A stretch of 64,000 nucleotides of DNA from an uncultured Acidobacteriota bacterium (GCA_963827655.1 CAWHCF010000023.1:384001-448000), one strand, 5' to 3'. Shown: positions 10,721 through 22,538, numbered from the stretch's first letter. The notes: a model not told the origin generated them from the sequence alone. Made by a program: numbers and translations.

Positions 10721-11563
10721 TTAAGGTCGGGTCAGGAGCGAGGCGCTTCGCATGAACGACTGGAATTTCTGGTCTTCGCGGATCGGGTCGAAATCGGGCT
10801 CCTTCTTGATCGCATCAATATCGGTGAAACCCGCATTCAGCGCCAGCTGCAAATTGTCGACGGCTCGCTCGGCATCACCCATCGACGCAAACAGACGAGC
10901 CATGAAGTAGTTCTTGTCGGTGGACGATCTCTTCGATCCGGCTGCCACAAGGCTGATCCCTTCGCTCTTGCCCAGGATGCTCGAGTCTAAGGCGATCCCC
11001 TTGCGCCACTCTTCCATGCCCTTGTCCATCTTCTTCTTCTCAAAGTAAAGAGTGCCAAGGTTGACATGGAACGATGCTACGTTCGGATTCAGGCTGATCG
11101 CCTTCTTGAAGAACCTTTCCGCCTTGCCTTTTTCGCTGGTGGCAAAGTAGACGGAACCAAGATTGTTATAAGGATAGGCGTATTTGGGATTGAGCCCGAT
11201 CGCGCGCTCGAACGCGTTCGTCGCCTCCGGATAATACTGGAGCTGCGAGTACGTGATGCCCAGCTTGTTGTAGATATACTCGCTGTTGGGATTGCTGCGA
11301 GTAGCTTCGAGATACTTTATCAGGGCGGCGTAAAAATCTTTTCGGGCGAAGGCGATATCGGCTTCTCTGGCGGCTTCGTTGGCCAGAAGAATCTTCTCCG
11401 CCGGAACCGGGGTTCGGACTATGGGAGGGCGGCAGCCGACCGGCAGAATCGCAGCCAGCAGAAGCGGAAGCACGACCACTACGGGACGCGCCCTGTGGAC
11501 TCGCCGTCTTGCCAGGTGCCGACCGGGAGGCGTTGTCATTTCGTTGCCAATCTTCGAAGTCAA
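10721..11563 (-). CDS. TPR-repeat lipoprotein
   Basis: Lipobox LPVGC; TPR units such as YNKLG and YNNLG; C-terminal EPDFDPIRED motif. Confidence 0.85.
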   Translation of the reverse strand: MTSKIGNEMTTPPGRHLARRRVHRARPVVVVLPLLLAAILPVGCRPPIVRTPVPAEKILLANEAAREADIAFARKDFYAALIKYLEATRSNPNSEYIYNKLGITYSQLQYYPEATNAFERAIGLNPKYAYPYNNLGSVYFATSEKGKAERFFKKAISLNPNVASFHVNLGTLYFEKKKMDKGMEEWRKGIALDSSILGKSEGISLVAAGSKRSSTDKNYFMARLFASMGDAERAVDNLQLALNAGFTDIDAIKKEPDFDPIREDQKFQSFMRSASLLTRP

Positions 11564-11665
11564 TCTGGAGTAATCTTAGCTCCGGCGCTCCTTTCAATCA
11601 AGACTTTAGGAGAGGCTGTGGGCTTAAAGCACAAACGCTTACCGCTCGATCGAGTCTTCGCGCTT

Positions 11666-13465
11666 TCAATCCACCTTCAAGACGGCCAGAAAAGCTTCCT
11701 GGGGAATTTCAACTTTACCGAGCCGTTTCATTCGCTTCTTTCCTTCTTTCTGCTTCTCGAGTAGTTTGCGTTTTCTCGTGATGTCCCCGCCGTAACATTT
11801 GGCCAGCACATTCTTCCGCATCGGGCGGACCGATTCGCGGGCAATAATCTTGCTGCCGATGGAAGCCTGGATGACGACTTCGAACATCTGCCGCGGGATC
11901 AGTTCCTTCATTTTTTCGACCAGGGCGCGTCCGCGGATCTGAGCCGTGTCATGGTGAACGATAAGGGAAAGAGCATCGATAGGTTCTCCGCTCACCAGAA
12001 TATCCAGCTTCACCAGGCGGGATTCGTTATAACCCGAGAAGTGATAATCGAGCGAGGCATAACCACGCGTAGCCGATTTCAGGCGATCATAAAAATCCAG
12101 GACGATCTCGTTCAACGGGAGTTCATAGGTGATCAAGACTCGATTGCTGGTCACATACTCGAAACCCTTCTGCACGCCGCGTTTTTCCTCAACCAGCTTA
12201 AGGATAGGTCCCACAAACTCGTCATTGCTGAGGATCATGGCGGTGATCATGGGTTCTTCGAATTTTTCAATATCCCCGGCTGGGGGAAGCTTGGAAGGGT
12301 TGTGGATCTCTATCAGATCGCCCTTGCTGGTGGTCACCCGGTATCGAACTCCAGGCGCGGTTGTTATCAGCGAGAGGTTGAATTCGCGCTCCAGGCGTTC
12401 CTGCACGATCTCCATGTGGAGCAGGCCGAGAAAGCCGCAGCGAAAGCCGAAACCGAGCGCTCCCGAAGTATCGGGCTCATAGAAGAAGGATGAGTCATTG
12501 AGCTGAAGCTTTTCCAGCGCGTCCCGCAGATCCTCATACTGGGCCGTATCGGTAGGATAGAGCCCGGCGAACACCATCGGCTTGATCTCCTGGAATCCGG
12601 GAAAAGGTTCCAGGGTGGGCCTCGCATCCTCCGTAATTGTATCGCCGATCTTGCTGTCGGCCACCCGCTTGATCCCGGCCACCATAAACCCTACTTCCCC
12701 GACGGAGAGTTCATCTACTTCCAGAAACTTGGGCGTGATCACACCCACCTGTTCGACGGTGAAGGCTTGCTCTGTCGCCACCAGACGAATCTTCATTCCC
12801 TTGCGCAGCGTGCCATCGATGACGCGCGTGAGCACGATGACACCGCGATAGAGATCGAACCAGGAATCAAAGATCAGGGCCTTCAGGGGCTTGTCGTACT
12901 CGCCGCGCGGCTGAGGAAGCCGATGGACGATCGCCTCGAGGATTTCGTCCGTTCCGATCCCCTCTTTGGCGCTGGCCAGGATTGCATCCTTCGCATCCAA
13001 TCCGATGATCTCCTCGATCTGGTTCTTTATTCTTGAAGCATCCGCGCCCGGAAGATCGATCTTGTTGATAACCGGGATGATCTCGAGATGATGGTCCAGG
13101 GCAAGATAGGTATTCGCCAGCGTCTGCGCCTCGACGCCCTGGGATGCGTCAATGACAAGCAGAGCGCCCTCGCAGGCTGAGAGGCTGCGGGAAACCTCGT
13201 ATGAGAAGTCGACGTGCCCGGGGGTATCGATCAGGTTTAGAACGTAGTCTTTTCCGTCCTCCGCCCTGTAATTCAGGCGCACCGAGTGGGCCTTGATGGT
13301 AATCCCTCGCTCGCGTTCGAGGTCCATCGCGTCCAGCACCTGGGCGGACATCTCCCGCTGGGTAAGGGCCCCGGTGCGCTCCAGAAGGCGGTCGGCCAGC
13401 GTCGACTTCCCGTGGTCAATATGAGCGATAATGGAAAAATTGCGGATGAATGCTTTGTCGCGCAA
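11666..13465 (-). CDS. lepA: Elongation factor 4
   Basis: [28 protein letters not shown] and [18 protein letters not shown]. Confidence 0.99.
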   Translation of the reverse strand: MRDKAFIRNFSIIAHIDHGKSTLADRLLERTGALTQREMSAQVLDAMDLERERGITIKAHSVRLNYRAEDGKDYVLNLIDTPGHVDFSYEVSRSLSACEGALLVIDASQGVEAQTLANTYLALDHHLEIIPVINKIDLPGADASRIKNQIEEIIGLDAKDAILASAKEGIGTDEILEAIVHRLPQPRGEYDKPLKALIFDSWFDLYRGVIVLTRVIDGTLRKGMKIRLVATEQAFTVEQVGVITPKFLEVDELSVGEVGFMVAGIKRVADSKIGDTITEDARPTLEPFPGFQEIKPMVFAGLYPTDTAQYEDLRDALEKLQLNDSSFFYEPDTSGALGFGFRCGFLGLLHMEIVQERLEREFNLSLITTAPGVRYRVTTSKGDLIEIHNPSKLPPAGDIEKFEEPMITAMILSNDEFVGPILKLVEEKRGVQKGFEYVTSNRVLITYELPLNEIVLDFYDRLKSATRGYASLDYHFSGYNESRLVKLDILVSGEPIDALSLIVHHDTAQIRGRALVEKMKELIPRQMFEVVIQASIGSKIIARESVRPMRKNVLAKCYGGDITRKRKLLEKQKEGKKRMKRLGKVEIPQEAFLAVLKVD

Positions 13466-13624
13466 GCCTTTTACGATCCTTGTGGTGGTCCAGAATCAAG
13501 ATGATACACGCCCCCTCAGGCCTAAACAACCCTGCCGGGTCTTCTATGCTGACGAAGACCGCAAGACACCCGGAAACGCCGCGAGCGCTTGACGCCTTAG
13601 GTTCGCTGGTTCAATATTTTGCGT

Positions 13625-14026
13625 ATGGATCTGGCGACGAAAACGAGACGCCGTCAGGCGCGTGCATTCTTGAAGGAAGCGGTCTTGCTTCTTCCCAGGC
13701 TGGTTCGGCTCCTCTCCCGCCTCCTGCGCGATCCGCGGGTGAGCAGCGCCGATAAAATCCTGGTCGGAGCTGTGGCGGTCTACGTCGCCAGTCCGATCGA
13801 TCTCATACCGGATTTTATCCCGTTTCTGGGGCAGGTTGACGATCTATTCGCCGTCTCTCTGGTACTAATGCGTCTGATCGGCGACGCAGGCGAAGACGTC
13901 GTCAGGGAGCACTGGACGGGGTCTGAAGATCTGGTTCCATGGATCCATAAGGTAGCCAGCCTTAGCCGGGTCATCCTCCCGGACCGGGTGATCCGTCCCA
14001 TCTACGACAAATTCGGCAAACAGTAA
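13625..14026 (+). CDS. DUF1232/YkvA family membrane protein
   Basis: YVASPIDLIPDFIPFLGQVDD signature. Confidence 0.9.
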   Translation: MDLATKTRRRQARAFLKEAVLLLPRLVRLLSRLLRDPRVSSADKILVGAVAVYVASPIDLIPDFIPFLGQVDDLFAVSLVLMRLIGDAGEDVVREHWTGSEDLVPWIHKVASLSRVILPDRVIRPIYDKFGKQ

Positions 14027-14058
14027 GGCCGCGCACCCACTGCCTACTGCTTACTGCA

Positions 14059-14718
14059 TTACCGCCACCTCTTGCGTCCGGCCTTTTCACAGAAGTGTTC
14101 CACCGGGCACTTACTGCACCATGGGGATACCGGGACGCAAAGATTCTGGCCGAAGGTGACCAGGATGTCGTTGTACGTTTTCCAGTAACGTCTGGGCAGT
14201 TTCGCGCGCAACGCGAACTCGGTTTTCTCAGGAGTCGCCGTCTGAACATAGCCCCAGAGATTGGTTATTCGATGGACGTGCGTGTCGACGCAAATCCCGT
14301 AATCGCCGTGCCCAACCGTCATCACCAGATTTGCCGTTTTGCGCCCGACTCCGGGAAGATTCAGGAGCGAGTCAAGGTCTCGCGGTACTTTCCCTTCGTG
14401 TTTCGTGAGGAGCATCCGGCAGGTCTTTCTCAGATTCCTGGCTTTCGTGTGATAGAAGCCAACCGGGTAGATCAGTTCTTCGACCTGTTTCAGAGGAAGC
14501 GAGGCGATGGCAGCCGGGGTGGGCGCCCGCGAAAGAAGGCGGCGGGACGCCTGTTCGGTAACCGCATCCTTGGTTCTTAGCGAGAGAATCGTGCTGACCA
14601 GTGTTTCGAAAGGGCGATCAACGGCCTGCTCCGCGATCACTCCCACGGCGGGAACTTTCCATTTCGGAATTTCCCGACGCAGGATGCGGAGAAGCTTCTG
14701 GAGGGTAACCGTATCCAT
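14059..14718 (-). CDS. nth: Endonuclease III
   Basis: HhH motif LPGVGRKTAN, VDTHVHR and 4Fe-4S motif C-x6-C-x2-C-x5-C. Confidence 0.95.
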   Translation of the reverse strand: MDTVTLQKLLRILRREIPKWKVPAVGVIAEQAVDRPFETLVSTILSLRTKDAVTEQASRRLLSRAPTPAAIASLPLKQVEELIYPVGFYHTKARNLRKTCRMLLTKHEGKVPRDLDSLLNLPGVGRKTANLVMTVGHGDYGICVDTHVHRITNLWGYVQTATPEKTEFALRAKLPRRYWKTYNDILVTFGQNLCVPVSPWCSKCPVEHFCEKAGRKRWR

Positions 14719-14759
14719 CGTCAGGTATCGCAAACCCGCCGCGAAGATGGGAACCCGAA

Positions 14760-15818
14760 TCAGCGGGATTGGGGATTCTTGAAAAGATAGGCGCTATCGA
14801 GCAGCTTGCTTCCCTCGCCGGCATTGACACAAAACCGCGCGGGATAGAGCGCAGCGGCGCCGTATTCGCCTTTCTTGTTCAGGGCGTAGAAGCTGAGGTT
14901 AAAACTCGGTCGTCCGTCTTCCCTCAACAAGCGCTTCTCTTTGGTCGTCTTCACGACGCGTTCCAAAGTTTCGAGACAGGCCTGCTCCGGGCTTTTCCCC
15001 TGGCTCATCAACCCGACCACCGTGTGGGCGCCGCAGACCTTTATGTTGGCTTCGCCCCGGCCGGTCGAACCGGCGGCGCCGGTATCGTTGTCCACGTAGA
15101 GACCCGCGCCGATTATGGGAGAGTCACCGACTCGACCCGCGATCTTCCACGACAGCCCGCTCGTGCTGGTGGTTCCCGCCATATCTCCGTTTGTGTCGAC
15201 AGCCAGGCAGTTGATGGTCCCATAATGCCGTATGAATTGACCGAATGCGCTGGCGGAAGATTCCTCGCTAAGCCAGTTGTCCCGATCGGAGAGCTTGGAC
15301 TTCCAGTCCAGCCATTTCTTGCGCGAGTCGTCGGTGAGCAGGTCCTCTTTCTTGAACCCCATTTTGAGGGCAAAGTTCAACGCCCCCTCGCCCACCAGGA
15401 AAATGTGATCGGTGCGGTCCATGACCAGACGCGCCACCTTGGTCGGATTCTTGATGAACTTGAGCCCCCCGACAGCGCCGCAGCGCCAGGTCGAGCCGTC
15501 CATCACACTCGCGTCCAGCTCCACCTCGCCGTCCTCATTGGGCAAGCCTCCATAACCGACGGAGCTGTCTTTCGGGTCATCCTCGACGATATTGACTCCG
15601 GCGATCACCGCATCGATGGGCTTGCCTCCGCTCTTGATTATCTCCATGGCTTTGGCCGTCGCCTGCAATCCATTGGCGCTGGATATCACGACGGGGCGCT
15701 GAGCCGGTACAGCAAACCCGGCCGCGTTCTTGACGGCTTCGGAGGCAATGGCCCCGCCGGTGAGGCCGGCCAGAGATGTGAGCTTAATGAAATCACGGCG
15801 TTGAACCCTGGTGCTCAT
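14760..15818 (-). CDS. N(4)-(beta-N-acetylglucosaminyl)-L-asparaginase (Ntn hydrolase), Tat-exported
   Basis: QRRDFIK Tat motif; SVGYGG, ELDASVMDG, GT cleavage site and GRVGDSPIIGAG. Confidence 0.9.
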   Translation of the reverse strand: MSTRVQRRDFIKLTSLAGLTGGAIASEAVKNAAGFAVPAQRPVVISSANGLQATAKAMEIIKSGGKPIDAVIAGVNIVEDDPKDSSVGYGGLPNEDGEVELDASVMDGSTWRCGAVGGLKFIKNPTKVARLVMDRTDHIFLVGEGALNFALKMGFKKEDLLTDDSRKKWLDWKSKLSDRDNWLSEESSASAFGQFIRHYGTINCLAVDTNGDMAGTTSTSGLSWKIAGRVGDSPIIGAGLYVDNDTGAAGSTGRGEANIKVCGAHTVVGLMSQGKSPEQACLETLERVVKTTKEKRLLREDGRPSFNLSFYALNKKGEYGAAALYPARFCVNAGEGSKLLDSAYLFKNPQSR

Positions 15819-15934
15819 GAACGACCTCCGGTCGATTGTCTGACTAATATTGGGACTTGCTCGGGAACGGGGAGCCCATCATAGCTTCGGCATTGGCTCA
15901 TGACAATTGACAAATGCCGAGGTTGTGGCTTTTC

Positions 15935-17107
15935 TCAATTCGTTATTCTGACTTTGCGCAGTTCGATGCGCTGCTTGGGAGTTTCCCCTTCAACTTCGAC
16001 ATTCTGAAACTTGTCCAGGATGTCCAACCCTCCGGCCACTTTTCCGAACGCAGTGTATTCGCGGTCCAGGCTTGTGGCGTCGCCCAGGCAAATGAAGAAC
16101 GAAGTCTCGGCGCTGTCGGGCTCATCGGAACGCGCCATGCTCAAGATACCCTTCAGATGCCGCGTCTCATTGAACTCAGGCTTGAGTCTTCGCACCAGGT
16201 CCTGCTGACGAAAGTCCGGCAACAGAGGCTGGCGCGTGGAGAGGAGTCCCCCCTGAGCGACAAAATCGCTCACCACGCGATGGAAGGATGTACCGTCGTA
16301 AAACCCCGCCTGCGCCAGTCGAAGAAAATTGCGGACGTGATTCGCAGCCAGGTTGGGAAAGAATTCGAGCGTGATTTCTCCCAGCGAGGTCTCCAGCACG
16401 GCCCGGTATTTCGCCAGTTCTTCCGTAGAGCTCTGAGAGAAGGCCGGAGGTGGAACCGGCCGGGCAGGACGAAGAGTCACCTTATGGATACCCGGCGGTT
16501 TCACCGGGACCGCGCTCGCGTCGGCCGGGGTTTCCGAGATCTTATCCACGACCTCGATCCCTTCAGCCACAAAACCGAACACCGTGTACTGGCCGTCAAG
16601 GGTCGGCTGAGGAATCACGGAGATGAAGAACTGGTTGCCGCCACTGTCCGGCTTTCCCGGAAGAAGGACACTCGACAGAGTTCCGCGCACGTGCTTGAGG
16701 TCGGAGATCTCGCCCTTGATTTTGTTCAGCCCGCCGGTTCCCCAAAGACTCTTCTTAGCCGGGTCCCTGGTTAAAGGATCGCCCCCCTGCACCAGTCCCC
16801 ATTTGATCACTCGATGAAACAGCGTATTGTCGTAAGCCCCTTCGGCGGCAAGGCTGAGGAACAACCGGACATGGAGCGGAGCCTTGTCGGGATAAAATGA
16901 CAGGACGAAGGTTCCCTCGGTCGTCTCGACCACAGCTTGCTGGTTAACGTCTATATCTGGAGAGCGCGTTTGAGCCGCCAGAGAAAACCAGAAGAGAACT
17001 AGCGTCAGGAAAGCACCGGATGGAACAGGACGGAAGGCCGCGGTCATGGGATAAGGTAGCGTATTCAAATCCCCGTGGATAGTAACAAAAACCCGCCTCC
17101 AAGACAC
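15935..17107 (-). CDS. Peptidyl-prolyl isomerase with two cyclophilin domains (start uncertain)
   Basis: Two FHRV...QGG motifs and two LD..YT.FG motifs; signal-like hydrophobic stretch. Confidence 0.9.
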   Translation of the reverse strand: MSWRRVFVTIHGDLNTLPYPMTAAFRPVPSGAFLTLVLFWFSLAAQTRSPDIDVNQQAVVETTEGTFVLSFYPDKAPLHVRLFLSLAAEGAYDNTLFHRVIKWGLVQGGDPLTRDPAKKSLWGTGGLNKIKGEISDLKHVRGTLSSVLLPGKPDSGGNQFFISVIPQPTLDGQYTVFGFVAEGIEVVDKISETPADASAVPVKPPGIHKVTLRPARPVPPPAFSQSSTEELAKYRAVLETSLGEITLEFFPNLAANHVRNFLRLAQAGFYDGTSFHRVVSDFVAQGGLLSTRQPLLPDFRQQDLVRRLKPEFNETRHLKGILSMARSDEPDSAETSFFICLGDATSLDREYTAFGKVAGGLDILDKFQNVEVEGETPKQRIELRKVRITN

Positions 17108-17167
17108 GAAGACTCAAGTTCGTTCGGGACTAGCCACGAAAGGCCCGGAAGAAACGCTTCAGCGCAT

Positions 17168-17914
17168 TCAGCGCATCATCGTCGCTCCTCTTCCAAGGAG
17201 CTCGAGCAGCAAATCGGCCACCTGATTGGGCGCCGTGACGTTGGCGGCATGGCCCGTCGAGAGTACCTGATACCGCCATCCCTCGGCACGCGCTCTTGAT
17301 GCAAACTGGTCGAAGGTTCCCCTTGCGGGATTATTGCAATAGACGAAGGTTCGCGGCAATTCCGCGGCCTCAGCGTTCGAGACGCGCACCGGCTGGAACA
17401 TCGTCTTGATGGGCTGGGGCTTAAGTCTTGGTTCTATCCACCGCTGGTCGGCCTCATCGGTAACGCCGGACCATTCCGGAGGCGGAGGCGGTATCCTCCA
17501 ACCATCACCGCTCAACCGCACGCCTTCCTCGAAGGACGCTGCCAGCTCGGGGCTGACAAGATCTGCCACCGATTGGCCGTCTTGCGGAACAAAGGCATCG
17601 AGATAGACCAGGTGGCTAAGCCGTTCCGCGGTTCGTTCGGCCACTCCCGTGATCACCATGCCGCCGTAACTGTGACCAACCAGCACCACGCGTTCGAGGT
17701 CTTCGCATTCCAGCACGGCCACTACATCCTGAATGTGGGTGCTCAGGTCAATCTCCGGATTCGCCAGATGGGCTCGTTCGCCCAGCCCCGTGAGCGTTGG
17801 AGTGAAGACGTCGTGCCGCGCCTTTCGCAGAATTGGCGCGACCCGGCCCCAGATCCAACCCCCGGCCCAGGCGCCGTGCACAAGAAGATAGGTTGTCATA
17901 TTGTTCCCGGTCAC
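17168..17914 (-). CDS. Alpha/beta hydrolase (esterase)
   Basis: LVHGAWAGGW and GHSYGG nucleophile elbow. Confidence 0.9.
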   Translation of the reverse strand: MTGNNMTTYLLVHGAWAGGWIWGRVAPILRKARHDVFTPTLTGLGERAHLANPEIDLSTHIQDVVAVLECEDLERVVLVGHSYGGMVITGVAERTAERLSHLVYLDAFVPQDGQSVADLVSPELAASFEEGVRLSGDGWRIPPPPPEWSGVTDEADQRWIEPRLKPQPIKTMFQPVRVSNAEAAELPRTFVYCNNPARGTFDQFASRARAEGWRYQVLSTGHAANVTAPNQVADLLLELLGRGATMMR

Positions 17915-18075
17915 GCCATGCTATCGTTTCGGGATGCGCAGCCACTCGGCCTGCTCACAATATTATCCCCAATGTACATGGCCAGTGTACGTCGACAGCC
18001 CTGTGGAGGTCAAACGGGGAGCTTCGCGTCTCTTTGCGCCTTGGGGTCTTCGTGGTAAATTTCTGAGTCTCGACC

Positions 18076-20160
18076 ATGGCGAAGAAACCACAGATCGATA
18101 CCGATCTCTCGTATTCGAACATCCCTTATGGGCGGGCGCTCATTCACTCATCCCAATTCAAGATGAGCACCCCCTTCGAACCCCAGGGGGACCAGGCGGA
18201 AGCCATCGAGCAGCTGGTGCGGGGTCTCGGGGACGGAGAAAACCATCAGGTTCTGCTCGGAGTCACCGGTTCCGGCAAAACCTTCACGATGGCGAAGGTG
18301 GTCGAGGCCGTCCAGCGGCCTACCCTGGTCCTGGCGCATAACAAGACGCTGGCTGCGCAGCTCTACCGGGAGTTCAGGGGCTTTTTCCCGAACAACGCAG
18401 TCGAATACTTTGTGTCGTACTACGACTACTACCAGCCGGAAGCCTACATTCCCTCGACCGATACCTACATCGAAAAGGACGCGCTCATCAATGACGAGAT
18501 CGATCGCTTGCGCCACTCCGCGACCCGCTCTCTTTTCGAACGGCGAGATTGCATCATCGTCGCCAGTGTCTCGTGCATTTACGGTCTCGGCTCTCCTGAA
18601 GCCTATTACGGGATGCTGCTCTTCCTGGAAAAAGGACAGCAGATCAAGCGGGACGAAATCCTGCGCCGGCTGGTCGAGATGCAGTTCTCACGCCAGGACT
18701 ACGGCCTGGAGCGCGGGTTTTTCCGCGCCCGGGGAGATGTGATCGAGGTTTTCCCGACCTACGAGGACTATGCGATTCGCATCGAGATGTTCGGCGACGA
18801 AATCGACAGCATCGCCCAGATCGATCCCGTCACGGGCCGCACCCTCAAGGAACACGCGCGGATGCCGATCTATCCCAAGTCGCACTACGTTCAGCCACCC
18901 GACCAGATGTCGCGGGCGATTGAAAGCATAAAGGCGGAGCTTGCGCAGTGGCGCACTCTGCTGGAAAAAGACGGGAAGCTCCTCGAAGCGCATCGGCTGC
19001 ACCAGCGCACGATGTTCGATCTGGAAATGATGAAGGAAATCGGGTTTTGCCGGGGGATCGAGAACTATTCGCGTCACCTCACAGGTCGCCAGCCCGGAGA
19101 GCCTCCCCCGACCCTGCTGGACTACATGCCCCATGACTCGATGCTGTTCATCGACGAGAGCCATGCCACAATTCCGCAGGTGCGCGGGATGTATTTCGGC
19201 GACCGCTCGCGCAAGGAAAACCTGGTGAAGTACGGTTTCCGGCTTCCGTCGGCGCTGGACAATCGCCCGCTGAACTTCCTTGAATTCGAACACCGGGTCA
19301 ACCAGGTCATCTACGTCTCGGCTACTCCTGGCCCCTACGAGCTCACCCGATCGGGCGGTGTTGTCGTTGAACAGATCGTGCGTCCCACCGGCCTGATCGA
19401 CCCCCAGGTGGAAATCCGCCCCGTAGCGGGCCAAGTGGACAGCCTGATGGAGGAGATCCGCGCCCGGGCCGAACGCAATGAGAGGGTGCTGGTTACCACG
19501 CTCACCAAGCGAATGGCTGAGGACCTGGCGGAGTATTACACGGAGCTCGGCCTCCGCGTCCGATACTTGCATTCGGAAGTTGAGACTCTGGAGCGCATCA
19601 AGATCTTAAGAGCCTTGAGGGCCGGGGAGTTTGACGCGCTCATCGGCATCAACCTGTTGCGCGAAGGGCTGGATCTGCCCGAAGTTTCGCTGGTTGCCAT
19701 CCTCGATGCCGACAAGGAAGGTTTTCTGCGATCTACCACGTCCCTGATCCAGACGGTCGGTCGAGCGGCGCGCCACATCAACGGCCGGGCCATTCTGTTT
19801 GCCGACACCATCACGGGCTCTATGCAGTCGGCCATTGACGAAACCAATCGCCGCCGCTCCGCGCAGCAGCGCTACAACGAAGAAAAAGGGATCATCCCGC
19901 AGTCCATCGTAAAACCCCTCGATCCCGACCATATTCGAATCTACGAAGGGGATTACTACGAAATACCGGCGGTGGCGGAAGAGGCCGTGCACTATTCTTC
20001 GGTCGAAGACCTGGAAAGAGAAATTCAGCGCTTGGAGGCGGCCATGCGCGCAGCAGCGAAGGAGTTCGAGTTCGAGCGCGCGGCCTCTCTTCGCGACCAG
20101 ATGAAGAAGCTCAAAAAGCTGGAACTGGAGCTCTCGGAAAATCCCGGGCCTTCGTCATGA
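18076..20160 (+). CDS. uvrB: Excinuclease ABC subunit B
   Basis: [22 protein letters not shown] and C-terminal UVR domain. Confidence 0.98.
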   Translation: MAKKPQIDTDLSYSNIPYGRALIHSSQFKMSTPFEPQGDQAEAIEQLVRGLGDGENHQVLLGVTGSGKTFTMAKVVEAVQRPTLVLAHNKTLAAQLYREFRGFFPNNAVEYFVSYYDYYQPEAYIPSTDTYIEKDALINDEIDRLRHSATRSLFERRDCIIVASVSCIYGLGSPEAYYGMLLFLEKGQQIKRDEILRRLVEMQFSRQDYGLERGFFRARGDVIEVFPTYEDYAIRIEMFGDEIDSIAQIDPVTGRTLKEHARMPIYPKSHYVQPPDQMSRAIESIKAELAQWRTLLEKDGKLLEAHRLHQRTMFDLEMMKEIGFCRGIENYSRHLTGRQPGEPPPTLLDYMPHDSMLFIDESHATIPQVRGMYFGDRSRKENLVKYGFRLPSALDNRPLNFLEFEHRVNQVIYVSATPGPYELTRSGGVVVEQIVRPTGLIDPQVEIRPVAGQVDSLMEEIRARAERNERVLVTTLTKRMAEDLAEYYTELGLRVRYLHSEVETLERIKILRALRAGEFDALIGINLLREGLDLPEVSLVAILDADKEGFLRSTTSLIQTVGRAARHINGRAILFADTITGSMQSAIDETNRRRSAQQRYNEEKGIIPQSIVKPLDPDHIRIYEGDYYEIPAVAEEAVHYSSVEDLEREIQRLEAAMRAAAKEFEFERAASLRDQMKKLKKLELELSENPGPSS

Positions 20161-21464
20161 TCCAGTCAGTGCGCCCTGCGACTCGACTCGCCGGTACCGT
20201 GAGTCTTCCGGGAGACAAGTCGATCTCTCACCGTTACGCGCTCCTGGCCGCCATCGCCCAGGGGACTTCCGAGTTGCGGCACTTCGCATCTAGCCAGGAT
20301 TGCCGCAGCACGCTGGACTGCCTGCGCGGCCTCGGGGTTTCGGTGTTTGAACAGGGTGAGACCGTCATCATCGAAGGCCGCGGTCTGCGCGGTCTGACTC
20401 CCCCGGAGCGGATACTCGATGCGCGAAACTCGGGCACTACCATCCGCCTTTTGTCCGGAATTCTGGCCGGGCAGCCCTTCGAGGCGTCGATCACCGGAGA
20501 CGAATCTCTCAGCCGCCGACCCATGGGAAGGATTTTGCATCCGCTGAGACTCATGGGCGCATCCGTGGAGTGCCGCGACGGAGAACTTCCTCCCGTGAAA
20601 ATCCACGGGGGAAGATTGAAGGGCGTGCGGTACTCGCTTCCGGTTGCGAGCGCGCAGGTGAAATCGTGCATTCTCCTGGCCGGACTGTACGCGGATAGTT
20701 CATCCCAGGTGGAGGAGAAGATCCCCACGCGAGACCACACGGAGATCGCGCTGAGGCTCTTCGGCGCCAGAATTCACCGCAGCGCGGATTGGATCGGGGT
20801 GGAACCCGACCCCGTCCTGCACGCCCAGAGTCTCGATATTCCCGGAGACCTTTCAGGCGCCGCGTTCTTCCTCATAGCGGCAGCGTTGGTGCCGGATTCG
20901 ACGATTCGCCTCGACGGCGTAGGATTGAACCGCACGCGGCGTGAGTTGCTGGACTATCTTCAAGCGGCGGGCCTCGACATCGCCGTCGAAAACGAACGCG
21001 AGGATGCCGGGGAACGGCGCGGAGATCTGCAGGTTCGTCATAGTCCCGCGCTCCTGCGGTCGGCCCTGCCGCCGATCCATGGTCGACTCGTGCCCGCCCT
21101 CATCGACGAAATCCCGATCCTGGCAATACTCGGCTCTCAGGTGGCGGGAGGTCTCGAAATCTCGGACGCGCAGGAGCTGCGCCTCAAAGAGAGCGACCGC
21201 ATCGCCGCTCTCGCCGCAAACCTGCATGCCATGGGCGCCGAGGTGCAAGAAAAACCGGATGGGCTGCGGATCTCGGGCAGACAGCGCCTGTCCGGAGCCG
21301 ATATCGCGACCCGCGGGGATCATCGCATTGCGATGGCTTTCGCCGTGGCCGCACTTGGGGCGCAGGGCGAAACCCGCATTCACCAGGCCGAGTGCGCGGA
21401 CGTCAGCTTCCCCGGGTTTTACGAAGCTCTACAAGCAGCGCAAGAAACTGGTTCACGAGCGTGA
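20157..21464 (+). CDS. aroA: EPSP synthase
   Basis: [25 protein letters not shown] and DHRIAM. Confidence 0.97.
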   Translation: MIQSVRPATRLAGTVSLPGDKSISHRYALLAAIAQGTSELRHFASSQDCRSTLDCLRGLGVSVFEQGETVIIEGRGLRGLTPPERILDARNSGTTIRLLSGILAGQPFEASITGDESLSRRPMGRILHPLRLMGASVECRDGELPPVKIHGGRLKGVRYSLPVASAQVKSCILLAGLYADSSSQVEEKIPTRDHTEIALRLFGARIHRSADWIGVEPDPVLHAQSLDIPGDLSGAAFFLIAAALVPDSTIRLDGVGLNRTRRELLDYLQAAGLDIAVENEREDAGERRGDLQVRHSPALLRSALPPIHGRLVPALIDEIPILAILGSQVAGGLEISDAQELRLKESDRIAALAANLHAMGAEVQEKPDGLRISGRQRLSGADIATRGDHRIAMAFAVAALGAQGETRIHQAECADVSFPGFYEALQAAQETGSRA

Positions 21465-21964
21465 TTGTCTACCTGGTAGGATTCATGGGAGCCGGCAAGA
21501 CGACCGTTGGGGGGCGTCTGGCCGAATTGCTGGGATGGAGCTTCGTGGACCTGGACGACCGGATCGAGCGGCGCGAAGGGGAAGCCATCAGGGACCTGTT
21601 CCGCCGCAAGGGCGAACCGTATTTCCGGCGGGTTGAACGGGACGAGCTGAAGCGGGCCAGCACCGAAACCAGGACCGTGGTAGCCCTTGGCGGCGGCGCG
21701 TTTTGCAGCCCGGAAAACCAGCAGATCGTCCATGGCACAGGCGCGAGCATCTGGCTGGACGCTCCTTTGGATCTGCTGTTTGCCCGCTGCGGTGACGACC
21801 GGACCCGGCCGCTATTTACCACACGCGACGAGATGCAACAGCTCCTCGATCAACGGCGGCCGTTTTATGCGCAGGCCGGGCTGCATATCGAGGTGGCCGG
21901 CCTCACGGTTGACGAGATCAGCCACCTGATTCTGGCCGCCCCCTTCTTTCAGCGAAAACCGTAA
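21461..21964 (+). CDS. aroK: Shikimate kinase
   Basis: GFMGAGKT Walker A, GEPYFR and GGG; GTG overlaps the aroA stop. Confidence 0.95.
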   Translation: MIVYLVGFMGAGKTTVGGRLAELLGWSFVDLDDRIERREGEAIRDLFRRKGEPYFRRVERDELKRASTETRTVVALGGGAFCSPENQQIVHGTGASIWLDAPLDLLFARCGDDRTRPLFTTRDEMQQLLDQRRPFYAQAGLHIEVAGLTVDEISHLILAAPFFQRKP

Positions 21965-21972
21965 CCACTTAG

Positions 21973-22204
21973 CGGTTCGTCGCAGAAGTAAGTTCGCATT
22001 CTGCTGCAGGCCCCCAGGCCCGCTGGCGAGGCGCGAGCGACGATGCGTACCCGGTGCGGTACGTGAGGAGCGAGCAACAAAGCCAGCGGGCCTGCAGGCC
22101 GCAGCCCGAAGGGGCGCGATCCTCAGGGTGCGTAGCTGAGGAAACCGCTCATGATTTGACTACCGACTCTCGCGCCAGAATGTGAAGTTATCTTTACGGA
22201 GCCG
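21973..22204. mobile_element. MITE-like non-autonomous element
   Basis: TTAG direct repeats at 21969-21972 and 22205-22208; imperfect terminal inverted repeats; internal perfect 13-bp stem 22015-22027/22082-22094; no ORF. Confidence 0.6.
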
Positions 22205-22538
22205 TTAGCGTTTCCGCTAGTGTCTTCGAGGTTGGCTTTTGTTCCACCTCACGAACCACGAAGACTCGAAGAAACGCGAAGCGTCACAAGCGGGGACGTT
22301 GGAATTGACTCCGTTAGACTTTACGCATCATCGGCACCGGCAATTCGGGGCTGAAGGCGGAGAATTCCTGTCTCAGAGACCTGCGTCAGGGTAAAATGGC
22401 CCCCGCTGGGAGCTCGCAGGGCGCTGGAAGTCGACACAAACCTCAACTACGAAATTGGAAACGCCCTTATAGCGGGACAACAAAACAAAACGCGACTGGT
22501 TTCTCCCCTCATGCAGGTGACGTTTCTCTTGAACTCTC

